This document shows, piece by piece, positions 42,810 through 58,422 of a stretch of 64,000 nucleotides of DNA. A program made the position numbers and the translations under genes. Numbering within the stretch: position 1 is the stretch's first letter; the number at the start of each line of letters is the position of its first letter. A model generated the notes under the pieces. That model saw nothing but the letters and a program-made list of their open reading frames with translations, ran no database searches and was not told where the DNA came from. Origin of the DNA: the human T2T-CHM13v2.0 reference genome, Homo sapiens; assembly GCF_009914755.1 (NCBI RefSeq), contig NC_060929.1; one strand, written 5' to 3'.

Positions 42810-43155
42810 TTTATTTTATTTTTATATATTACAATTTTCTTGAGCTATAATTGACATATAATAAACTACACATATTTAAAATGTACAATTTGGTAAGTTT
42901 TGCACGTGTATACTCTCATGAAACCATCATCATAATAAATTCCATCACCTCAAAACTGCCTGTGCCCCCCACTGTAATCCATCCTTTCTTCCACCCCTAT
43001 TCCCAGGAAACCATTGTTCTGCTTCTTGTTACTGGGTATAAATTTGGGCTTTCTAGAGTTTTATTTGAATGTAGTCATTCAATATATTTTTGGGATAATA
43101 TGTGAGAAGATTCACCCATGTTGTTGTGTGAATCAATTGTTTATATCTTTTTATT
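42810..43155 (-). mobile_element. Old L1 (L1MD/ME-like) 3' end
   Basis: 'ttgagctataattgacatataataaactacacatatttaaaatgtacaatttggtaagttttg...gattcacccatgttgttgtgtg'. Confidence 0.8.
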
Positions 43156-43547
43156 TCTCTTTACAATCCTTACAGAAGAAAAAAAACAGGCAGCTAGGTC
43201 ACTACTTGATGTCTAAATCTATCACTAATTTTTTCAATATGTTTATGTAGTCCACTGAGAGTGAAACACAAAAGTCCTCTAAATTGATCATGTTGAAATG
43301 GTTTAAGTCTTGTGCTACTTCTCACTGTGGAGAAGACCTGGGTGAGTTCACTGCAGGTTGATTTTCTTATCCCTTTGAGTCAAGAGTCAAATCTAATGTA
43401 CGGGCTGGGAAAGTCTTTGCAACTCTCAGATCCTGTGATTTAAAATTTGATAAGTTAGTGGATTTCTCAGGGGCAAGTGAATTTCTCTGCAAAATGAATT
43501 TTTCTTGAAATTTACTGGGGAAGGTATTTTAGATTTCAATTTAAACA

Positions 43548-44235
43548 TATTTATAAATTCAATAAACATCATATGGGCTTCTATTGTGTACCAGGCCCTG
43601 AGTTGGGTAGCTGAGATACAGAAATGATGAAGACATGGTCCCTACCTTTGAGGGATTTCTAGTACAACAGGGGTGTATGGTTAGAAAAGTACATTATGTA
43701 CTCTAATTCACAGAACTGTTTATAGAGCACTTATTGTATACTAGGTCTTGAGCTGGACCCTGTGGAAATGGCCACCTCCCTCCAATCACAGAGCTTACTT
43801 TTTAGTGGAAGAGACTGATAATGAGAAATTAAGCACATACATGAGGAGGATGACCGTAGATGTTATGATGGAAATGAACAGGGTGTTCAGATAGTAATTT
43901 AGAGAGGCCATTTTGTAGAAAGAATCATGACCCGCTTTGCAGAGGAGCAAGGGGGTTGGGACAAGAGTATTCCAGGAAGTGCACAGAATTGCAAGAACAA
44001 AGACTGACATGGGGCAGGGCTGGCCTGGGCAGTGGAAAATAAAGAAGGGGGATTGGGCTGGGAAGAGTGACCAAGTGAAGAGGGACTTGAGGTGACAACG
44101 GAAATGTAGGAGGCGGCGGGCGGCAGGAAAATCCTGTAAGTCTTGGCCCAGCCATAATAGAAAGTTAGTGTTTTTTGTTTTATTATGTATACCACGGAAC
44201 CCCTGGAGTGATTGAAAGGACAGAGTATCTGAGTT
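43548..44235 (-). mobile_element. Two tandem LINE-2 3' fragments
   Basis: Two antisense L2 tails ('attcaataaac...ctattgtgtaccaggc' and 'tttatagagcacttattgtatactagg') followed by a purine-rich L2 body. Confidence 0.7.
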
Positions 44236-44249
44236 TTTATTTTCTATGT

Positions 44250-44952
<703 letters not shown>

Positions 44953-45539
44953 GCCCTTTTCTGATTTATGTTTTAAATTACCCCTGTTGAAAATCTGTAA
45001 AGGATTCATCTCCATATTGCTGTCTAACTTAAATTTTCTTTGACTTCTCTCTGACCGTAACACATTTTTAGAGTCACTATACCCTTTTACGGTGGCCCCG
45101 ATGAGTCCCTTACCACATACCTTCTGATCTGATCACTCTCTTTCCAGGCTTTCTTAAGTATTTTATTTTCCAAGTCACTTCCTTCTGAGATTTCAATCTC
45201 TCCTCTATTCTGCCTGGCCAAACTCTAAACATCTGACCAGCCTCATTTCAAATCCTACCTTTTCATAAAGCCCGACGCTTATAATTAAGCCATTCCAGAC
45301 TGGTCTGTGTTCTCTGAATTCCAGCAGTATTTCTCAGTTGTTCCTCTATTGAGTTTTTATGTATACAATCTTGGGAAGGAGTAAAGAGAATTATACAGCT
45401 GTAATGAGAACTGATATACTGAGTGATGTGGAGAAAATAATAATGATACTAACAGATAGAGGAGAGGCAGGTACATTCTATCTCAATGCAGCCTTGTCAT
45501 TTTTAAACGAAAGTCTCATGCAACATGTGTAGACCTGGC

Positions 45540-46300
45540 CTAAACACATTTCGGTCTTGGTTTGGTTAAACTGCTGAAATTGTTTGGTTTTTCTCTTTAT
45601 CTTGCACTGTGAGTCATGTTTGTCCGTGATCTAGTCAGCCAGTCATGAAGCCTTACACACTCCAGAGAATGCTGGATGCCTTTCTGCCGGGTTCAGACTT
45701 CACTGTCTGCTGCGTTGTCATCCATCTAAATGCTAACTATCGTCTTTTCTTTCCCCGCCCGAGAGAGTCAAACGCTCAAGGCATTGGCTTGTCAGTGGTG
45801 GGTGTTTGCCGGCGCTAGTCTTGTGGCCTATTGAGGTAATGGATCGGCAGGATTTGCTTATTTTAAAGACGATTTGATCGAGTGCATTCTGTGCGGGTTG
45901 ATGTGTTAAAAATTCAGGATGTTATTTACAAAGAACTGCACAGAAACCAAGGGCAAGTGGGGCCTTGGCCAAGATTTTCTTCCTTATTGATGCTGCCATC
46001 ACCAATATTTAATTGGCATCAAGGTAAATATTCAAAGCTTAATGTAGCATGCTGTTAATGGATAATGAAGGTGTGTGGTCCTTACTGCCTCACTTTGCAC
46101 CTGGAATGTAATTACCAGCATAGGGATAGTCAGAGATGGAAGCAATGCATCATCTCCGGGCACTCGCCTGCAGGTAGGGTGCACAAAAAAAAACGGTAGT
46201 TGTTATAATCCATTTTGTGTATTTTGATGCATTAATTAAAATCGGATGTTTGTATTTCTATGTACGTTAACATCCAACATCAATGAATAAGACAGTGCTT
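45540..46300. promoter_or_regulatory. Candidate non-coding regulatory element
   Basis: No repeat recognised. About 19 CpGs by eye. AP-1 TGAGTCA at 45610-45616, several YCAAGG nuclear-receptor-like half sites and TAAT motifs. Function is inferred only. Confidence 0.45.
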
Positions 46301-47529
46301 TTTGGCAGCAAGACAATGATGTCAAAGGTTTATATATGTACTCCAAAGTAGAGAAAAATTTATTTCTTTAATGCAAGTCCTGTCTTTGGCATTTCATGGA
46401 GGAAAAGACAGGCCCTTTCTAAAAGTCCCTTTTTCGTGGTATGTGTTTTTATTTTTCATGTTTCTCAAGTAAAAAACAGAAAAGAGCCTAGCACGTGATA
46501 AGTAATTGGTAAACATAGACCTCGACTACTTCTCTTTCCTTGTTTTTCTGGGTGACTCCTTTTTTGCTTTGTCCAAGCCATTTCTAACTTTCACTGGTAT
46601 TGTGGTTACAGTGACAATATTAGAATGATGTTACTTACCATGAAAATGATATACTATTTTTTCCTCCCATTTTTTCCTCCGAGTTTATGTTCTTTCAGTC
46701 GTGCATTTCTATACCAAGCAATTGAATTAAGCTGAAATATGCTACCTTTATGTGGTCACCATTTGGGAACTGTATGCAAAGTTATCTTATGCTGTTATTT
46801 TTGCTCCAGTGCATTATTTTAAAAGCACTTAGCAAGAATCATGATAAATAACATGTGTGTATAGCTGTATTTGATCTGATGGACTGAACCCTAAGACATT
46901 TAAGTGTACATCACATGAATGACCTGTTAACAGGAGAATGGTTATAATCGTATAATCACCCATTTCTTCGTTTCTTGTTTCTAATTGGATTTTTCTACTT
47001 ACATATTCATAATAGAAGAAAGCTGCTTTTGAGTGGTCAGCAAGTCTTAGACCCGTTTTAAGCTTCACAGATACAACAAACCTTGAAGCTTGGGATCCAG
47101 CGTTGCAGATTTGGGTCCTACACCCTGACAGTGTGTCGGCTCACTTCTGCTTCTGATGCTTCCCCATTCTTGCCCTCATCTCTTGCAGCGCTTGTCATTC
47201 CTGTTGTTTCTGCCTGTTTTCTTATTAAAGAAGAGATTAGCAGCTGTTAAATCCATATTAGAACCCAAGTGAGACTTTATCTGAGATGAAACATAAAACT
47301 TGAAAACATACCGAGAAAAAGGAAGCCCCTTAAGGAGGGAATGGTCGAGTGTTTTGTCTAAAAACAGCGGTTTCTAAGACTCAGTTCCCGTGACTGGGGA
47401 GGTTATTCAATCAATAGACAGAAACCAAAGTGATGCACATTGTTCGCAAACAATGCTAAGCATGACGCTTTCCATTCTGTATCAGCCTCGTGCATCAACT
47501 AGTGATGTTTCCCTAACCTAGTCTCTTTG

Positions 47530-47660
47530 CGTTAGCATTGCCTGAAGTACTTGCTACAGTGCAGATTTCTAGGCCCACACCAACCTGAGGAATCAGCAGC
47601 TCTGCAGCCAGGGCCATGGAATCTGTATTGTAACAAGTACCTCAGTTGGTACTTTAGATT
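47530..47660. mobile_element. MER5-like fragment
   Basis: 'tgcagatttctaggcccacaccaacctgaggaatcag...ggaatctgtattgtaacaag'. Confidence 0.65.
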
Positions 47661-47739
47661 TTTCAAAAAAATTTCTGTGTGGGAAATATTGCCACAAAAT
47701 ATGTAGTTTTTTAAATATTTTTTTCATCTGAAATGTTAA

Positions 47740-47950
47740 CAGTGTGGAATATGAAGCCTGACCAACTAGCCTTGTATATCCAGCTCTACCGCTTACTAGC
47801 TGTGTAACCCTGGCCAAGTTATGTAGCCTCTCAGTTTTTAATCTTTAAAATAAGAGATATAATTGTATCATTACTTAGGGCTGTTTTAGGGCTTTGGTGA
47901 GATCATCTCTGTGAAGCAGTTGGCATAGTGTTTGACACATATAAAATATC
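47740..47950 (+). mobile_element. MIR
   Basis: 'ccagctctaccgcttactagctgtgtaaccctggccaagtta...cctctcagtttttaatctttaaaataag' is the MIR core. Confidence 0.8.
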
Positions 47951-47956
47951 CCTTTA

Positions 47957-48391
<435 letters not shown>

Positions 48392-50081
48392 TTACACATA
48401 TTTTTGAAGCAGAAATTTCTGATCTCTGTAGCTCTCTCTCAAAATGAACTTTAAAAAACTAAAATGTTGATCCCTTGTGTTTTCTGGACTGGGCTATTTT
48501 CTTCAGAAAGGTTGCTCCAGGCATGTGGAAGGGCCACCACCTCAGATGACCACTGAAATGAGCAATGTGGACCAGCTCAGGGTGGGCACTGCAGTACTTT
48601 TCATGGGCTGAGTCCTTTTGAGGTTTCCTTGGTACTTCTTCAACTTCTAACGTCTTTCCTTTGGTGAATGAAAATGGTCAAACCTGTGAGCAGCCTTGAC
48701 CTTCCACCTGTAGACGAAAGGCCATTCAGTTCTGACAATTTAAAACATGTCCTTCACTTTCCCCTATGTAAAGATGGCCTTGTGTTTTCATTGTGTATGT
48801 TTTCGGCCAAGTTCTCACACTGCGTTTTTGGCAATGAGAGGGCTTTAATTATAGCTATTATACAGATACTGGGTGAATGATCACATTTTTCCTCTGGTCA
48901 TCTAGCAGAAACTTGAAAGGGGGAAGGCACAGATGGAGATGGTGTGTGAGTAATTCCTGTAGATCAGATGCCAGTGGCACCTGGGCAATGGGAGGAGGTG
49001 ATGCTGGATGTCTCCTGGTCCCGAGAGACCTGCAGTTGTCACCCGGCGCTCACTGGCCGCTGTCTTCAGTTACCACGTGTTTGTTGTGACTGCCTCTGAA
49101 GTCACCATTTCCCTCCCTCTCCATTGTTATTGCTGCCAGACCACCTTCATTTTTCTTGAGACCACATTTGGGAAGACTGAGAAGGTCCTCCACATTGTTT
49201 TTGATAAACGGATTGAAGACCCTGTTCTTTTTGCTTTAATAGTTGAACATTTCATCCCTTTTCCATCTTTCTTGCCACCCCCTTTGCTCCTGCTACATTA
49301 TTAAAAATACCTGGTGCCCGGGAAGCAAATTCTGAGCTTTGGATTTTTTTCTTTTTTTGGGGTGGGGGAGGGGTGCAACAAAGAGAGTTTTCCTTTAAAA
49401 TTATAAAATGCTTCCCTTGTATATCTGTTATAAGCAGCAATCCAGAGAATTAATTCAGGCTATTTTCAGACCTATTTCAAACATTTTGATGACTCAGAAT
49501 CTGAATCAGAGCAAATAGAACACGATCTAAATACTACAAGGTGACACAAATTCAACATGAGTAGGAAAGGACTAAAAAGGCAGTAATTGCAGTTATTCAT
49601 CTTTAATTAGTTTACATTGAAAGAAGTAATGCTGCAGTTCTGGAGATACATGTTTAAGTACCACTTGCATCACTTTTCAAATATATGGTTGTAGGAATAC
49701 AAAAATAACCAAAATTTATAGAACCTATAACCAAAATAGAGATGTTCTCTCTCATTGGTTGAAGCTTTGAATGTCTGTGCTTTACAGTTGATGAATTTGA
49801 TTTATTTTGTGCTCCCCACAATAAGCAACAGTGTTATAAATGATCTACCTCAATTCCAAACGTTTTTATGACTTTGTTTGTTTGGTATATGGAAACAGTA
49901 TATAGTGTAATTCCTGTCCTCAAGAAGCCTCTAGTCTAGTTAACAGGAGACTAATATGAAACTCAAACGAAATCTGAGTAAATATTATGGAACACCATCT
50001 ATATTCTAGGTAGAGTTCTACCACTATTTACATATTTACAAAGCTAAGTCTTGAAGAAATTATGGATGGTGCACAATAACA

Positions 50082-50489
50082 CTTGCTAAGACATTATATT
50101 TTCCAAAGATAATGGCAATGGTGTCTTCCATCCTACAAGCTCCTGTGCAGTGTGACTGTGCTACTCCATTGTCAGGAGGTGGGGTCTATCTCCCATCTCC
50201 TTGATCTGGGCTGCTCTTAATCACTCATGTGTAACCAATAGAATGCAGTACAAACGGCACTGCATTACTTCTGAGGCCAGGTCAGAACAAGTCCAGCAGC
50301 TTCCACTCCCTCTTGGGAATCCCTCTTGGGCCTTCACTGACATGCTGTGAAACCCCAGGCCACATGTAGAGGCCATGTGTAGGTGCTCTGACTGCAGCCT
50401 TTGAGTGGCCTGTACCCAAGTGTCAGACGTAAGCAAAGATGATTCCAGATCCCAGACTTCTCAGTCTTCCCAGCTGGGGCTCTTGACAT
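50082..50489 (+). mobile_element. MaLR LTR (MLT1H-like)
   Basis: 'tattttccaaagat...gaggtggggtctatctccc...accaatagaatgcag...ttctgaggccaggtca...gaggccatgtgtaggtgctctg' resembles MLT1H/G LTRs. Confidence 0.75.
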
Positions 50490-50500
50490 TTATATATATA

Positions 50501-50557
<57 letters not shown>

Positions 50558-50630
50558 TTATATATATGTATATATAATATATATACACACATATATACAA
50601 TTATATATATATATATATTTTTTTTTTTTT
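50490..50630. repeat. (TA)n-rich compound microsatellite ending in T13
   Basis: Directly visible. Confidence 0.95.
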
Positions 50631-50916
50631 GGTGGATCATGCCTGTAATCTCAGCACTTTGAGAGGATGAGGTCAGTGGATCACCTGAGGTCAGGAGTTC
50701 AAGACCAGCCTAGCCAACATGGTGAAACCCCCTCTCTACTAAAAATACAAAAATTAGCCAGGTGTGGTGGCACGTGGCTGTAATCTCAGCTACTCAGGGG
50801 GCTGAGGCAGGAGAATTGCGTGAATCCAGGAGGCGGAGGTTGCAATGAGCTGAGATTGTGCCACTGCACTCCAGCCTGGGCAACAGAGCAAGACTCTGTC
50901 TCAAAAAACAAAAAAA
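50631..50916 (+). mobile_element. AluS (Sx-like), lacking first ~10 nt
   Basis: Starts at 'ggtggatcatgcctgtaat'. The remainder is full length with an A tail. Confidence 0.95.
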
Positions 50917-51009
50917 TTAAACATTTATACATATATTTCAATGTTGCCACAGCTAATGATAGCATATTGAGCAAAAGAGGGTCAACAAGAGATGCTACTA
51001 ATACGTCTG

Positions 51010-51635
<626 letters not shown>

Positions 51636-52189
51636 TTAATAATAGTAATTCCTTGTAACGATATTGCTTAGATCTGTAAGGCTCTTCATTTTTCTTAGAT
51701 GACATGCAACTATAATATTTGGCAGTCACTTCAAGACTGAGTTAAACATGTAGGACAGGGAGCTATCCAATGTACAAATAATATATTTGAGTCCTGCAGA
51801 AGTCAAAGACCTTGTTCAAGTTCCCATGGCTGATAAGAGCTTGTCTCAGGACCAAGTCTTCCGCGGAACAGTCCACTGCTATTTTAAAATTATCTTTTAA
51901 AATAGATTTTGGGCTTGGGTAGGTATTGTTTCATCTGAGAACCAAAGGAGCATAGATATCTCTTAGTATTCTATACATTTATATTGTTTTATGGTATCTG
52001 ACTTGGAGGGTCAGCTTTCCCAATGGACTTAGTATGTAAGTGAAAGTCTGAATAAAGTTTCAGGAAGTTTCTTTAACTTACTGTGTTTACCGAAGGAGTT
52101 CAGGGACTATGAAAAGCTGTAAATATCTAGTTTTCAAATATTGATCACAGAGCAGAAGCTCATGAGTCACACTCCTTCTTAACCCTTTG

Positions 52190-52935
52190 GGTGCTATCCT
52201 GTTCATTTCACATCTGAATTATCGCTAGAATCCTGGCATTCTGCCTATTTACATCACTACTGTCTTAGTTTGCACAGTCTATATGTTTCTTGGAGCACCC
52301 CAGCAGACTTCTAACTTGTTATGTGCTTTTATATTACTTCTGCATACCCATCCCATCCATTCTCCCTGTGAATCTAACCATGTTTGAATTAGCAGTGTGG
52401 TTTCCAAGGTTTTTAGAAGATATTTTACACTCCTTGGACTACAAGTCCCCTGAGGGCCCTATCAACCTCTTCCATGTCAAATCCTGCAGATCCCCCACAT
52501 CCTTCACACAATAGCAATACTGAAAAAAAAAAATGAGTTTACCCACATGTGCATGTGTGTACACACACACACGCATGCGCACACACACACACTTCTTGGC
52601 TCAGCATCGTGACACCACATTTCCCCCACCCTGGAATGTCTTTCTCCTCTATACCGACTGGCAAACTTGTGTTTGGTCTTGAAACTCTACTCCTGTCAAC
52701 TTACCAAATACCCTGACAGTGTTCATCTCTCCTATCTCTGTGCTGCATACAAACCCAGTGCAAACTTCATTCTTGCCTGGATCACCCTGTATCATAATTG
52801 TTTATTTTCATACCCACTCTGCCTACTAGATTATAAGCCCTTTGAAGGCAAGACTGTGGCTGTCGTTCTCTGCATCCTTGAGACTTTTACAGTGCTTGCT
52901 ACTTGGCGGGTACTCATTAAATAATTGTGGATGTG
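52190..52935 (+). mobile_element. LINE-2 fragment(s) with internal CA-rich repeat
   Basis: Ends 'ctagattataagccctttgaaggcaagactgtg...acagtgcttgctacttggcgggtactcattaaataattgtggatg'. Confidence 0.7.
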
Positions 52936-54283
52936 AAAAGAGACAACATGTTTTGGCAATAAGAGATTTTGGGCTGGGAAGGGTCATTACCATTGTGCCA
53001 CAAAGAAGAATTTGTTAAGCACTTGTTTTCTCGAAGCGCTGTGCTGAGTGTTCCTCAGAATAAATTACACAGATCACTTTCTTGACCTCTAAGAACTTAT
53101 TCATAATTTAATACATACATCAGGAATGAGGGCAAATATGGAAAGGACACACAATAATTGAATTACCAACATTAAACAGATATACAAATAGGTTAGATTA
53201 AATATTTACTTTGTATGTGCCTTACCTTGTAAAGGGTAATTGCATTTTAGCGGCTAGCGAGTGTATGGGAACCATTTGAGTTTTATGTTTAGTCAATAGG
53301 ATCCTATCATAATGATTACAGTGTAAACTGAATTTTGATGTTTTTATGGGTGAAGATGGACATTAATATTCCCTATGAGGTTAATTTACATTGTAGTGGA
53401 AGAAGAAGTCATATACCTTGGCTAGAATCCAAATCTAAACACCTCAGGCCAGATTACAGCAAATGGAGCTTATCAGTAGAACTCCACCATTTAAAAAATA
53501 TATGGAATCTGAAAAATATGTGGTTTTCATCAAAAGCAGGAAATAGGGTATTTGACAACATGCATTTGTCTACTGAATGTGATGGAATATGTGATGAAAT
53601 ATGTTTTGTCAATAAAATAAATTGCCAAACAAAATGTAATCCTTTCTGCAAATGCATTTAGTCTCCAGAATGAAATAAGCTACTTCCACAAAGCACATTT
53701 TTGCTTTGAATTATTTTAGATTTGCTGTCTATCAAAAACAATGGAGAAAATGTGTTTTGTCAGACACGTATTTCAAGGTATATAGATAAAATGCATTTAA
53801 TTAGGGAAAAAAGTAGATGCAATTGTGGAGGGTCACTAAATGTTTGTAGCATACTGATGTAGTTTAAATGAGTCTATAATTTTTGACTTAAGAGGCTAAA
53901 TTCTCATGTCAGTGTTGGTTGTATTCTCAAAAAAATTCAAGTGTTACCTTGGCTGGTTCTTGAACATATCCATAATGCTTTTATTGTGTGATATTATCAC
54001 CCCATTACTGAAAGAGTTAATTACACACCTAATTAGGTTCTTTTTTCTCATTCTCACTCTGCTCTGTGAATTGGTCCTTTGTCCCAAGGCTCCTGAGGAA
54101 TTTTAACTTACATAATTAATTAATACATTTTAACCCTTCAAATGTGAGTCTAACACCACGCCTAGTTAAACATAATTTTAGATTGCTGTTGGACAGCCTA
54201 TGGTACTATGCAGTGGACAAGCTGAAATCAAGTAATTAAGTGTTGTTAGGTTAGGATAACATATGATTTTTAAGAAAGTGATC

Positions 54284-54731
<448 letters not shown>

Positions 54732-54979
54732 TCATGGTTATCTGTTTAATATTTAAGGATTGAATGAGATAATGCCTATAAAGCTCTTGGCTCTGTGCCT
54801 GGTACTATTCCTGTATTGGTTTATAGTTTTCCAGTATTAAATAAACATTGCTCCATTTGGTTCACAAACTGTCCTCTTTTCGGTACAGGAATCATTTAGT
54901 TCCATTTTGTGGAAGAGTAAACTGAAGGTTCAGGAGGTCACACAATAATAGACCCCAAAGGAGGCAGCAATCTCTACCA

Positions 54980-56250
<1,271 letters not shown>

Positions 56251-56784
56251 CCAGCTCTGGTTCCTCTCGCTTCCACTAGGTAAGAATTTTGGAAAATGTG
56301 TCTGGTTTGGGGCTAAGGTTTGCATAAATTATCTCAGTTAAATCAAAAAGTTTGGAGACATCTGGAGGAATAGATATTATCACTTACATATTCCAGTGAG
56401 AATACTGAGGCTTGAAGAGGTAAAATAATTTGTCCAATGTCAAGGAAGAATTCAAATCCTTGCTTATCTCAAAAGTCTGTACCCTTAAGCCATATTCACA
56501 TAAAAATGTTCAAATCTGATTCAGCTGCAAGACATCCAGTTCACATCTGCAGAGCCTTCCGGGATAGCCCAACCTTGTCTTTGATGTAAAATTATTCAAA
56601 AGTACACAGCAGAAGACTCGGCCCACAGAGGGCAGCCAATGGATATTTGTTTCTGTTCTTTATTTACCCTTATCCTTTCCTCTCTCTTCACTTCTGGATA
56701 TTATTTAAGATCCCTCGTTCTCTCTGCTTTCGTTGTAGTCATCCATACACATTATTTCTCTCTTACTTGACTGTGAGTATTTTG

Positions 56785-57109
<325 letters not shown>

Positions 57110-58169
57110 TTATCTTTGCCTTCCCCACAAAAGCCAGCACAGGGCCTTGCACTGTGCTACAAGCCCTACTTGCATTGCCCCATTTTTAATCCAGTAACAT
57201 TATACGGTAACTATCCTCATTGTTAGACAGAAAATCTGCAGTTTCGTCAGTAATTTGCCCAGGGATTCCCAGAGTTTAGTCAGAGATGAAGTTCTTGTCC
57301 CAAACAAGAAGAATGCTAGGTGCCTCGTGCCTTGCACAAGTAGGTTCTCATCCTTGCAGCAACAAATACACAAAAGCACCATTCCCATATGTAAGACGTA
57401 GGGGACATGGGCATAGCTCTACAATACTGTAGCCATTTTTAAATCAGTACTCATGATAATGGGATTCTGCCTAATATGACTTTTTTTCAGTGAAGGCCTG
57501 AATAAAAGAGCTCCAAAATAACTCGAAAAAATTTAAAGTCAGTCTTTTGGAGTATCTGAAAGGCACATGCTTTCTCTTTAATCTTACCAATCCAAATAAT
57601 GAACTGGGGAGTCTACAACAGAATTACAGAGATTGTTCCAAAGCTTAGTAGCTAATTTGATTTTGTACAGAAGGGTTTTAAGGAATTTCTAATGAAAAGG
57701 CAATTAACGTTGAAACCTTCATTAACGGATAATTGAGAGGAAAAACTGGACTTCTTGCTGAGTTTTTGACTTTTTAACTAATTGCAAAACTTTATAGTAT
57801 TTTTACTGTATATTAGAAAATAGTAAGGCACTATCTGTTTAATACAGCTAGACCTTATGGGCAAATAGAACACTTTTAAAATCTTTTAATTTTTTTTTTT
57901 TTAAGTAAAGAGGACAGAACCCCCAAGAACTAATTATAACTGAGCAGCTCTCATTTGATAAAATGGATGCTGAGTAATGAAATGTTCACCGAGAAAAAGT
58001 AGTTTTGGCTCAGCTTAAAAGATTTCTGAAACTATTGCTTGTTTCTCTGTATTAGCCATATATGGATCAATTTTGCATACAGCAGAAAGTTGATATTTTA
58101 TTTAAAATATCCTCAGCATTAAACAAAAATATAACATTATTTATGAAGGTTGGCTTACCTAAATTCAAA

Positions 58170-58422
58170 TGCTATAAACCCTTTAAATACAACTCACTTC
58201 CCACGTTCATCCTAACAATAAAAGTGAATGGAACATCCATTCTTTGGTTTTTCAGTGCTATAAACCCTTTAATACAACTCACTTCTCACGTTCATCCTAA
58301 TGATAAAAGTGAATGGAACATCCATTCTTTGGTTTTTCAGTGCTATAAACCCTTTAATACAACTCACTTCTCACGTTCATCCTAATAAAAGTGAATGGAA
58401 CATCCATTCTTTGGTTTTTCAA
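58170..58422. repeat. Minisatellite, ~85-bp unit x3
   Basis: Near-identical units at 58170-58255 (86 bp), 58256-58340 (85 bp) and 58341-58422 (82 bp), each starting TGCTATAAACCCTTTA. Confidence 0.95.

Noticed and set aside
58170-58422. CRISPR-like array (repeats with an internal hairpin)
   Set aside because: The units are near-identical end to end with no unique spacers, there are no cas genes, and the context is primate DNA. It is a tandem repeat.
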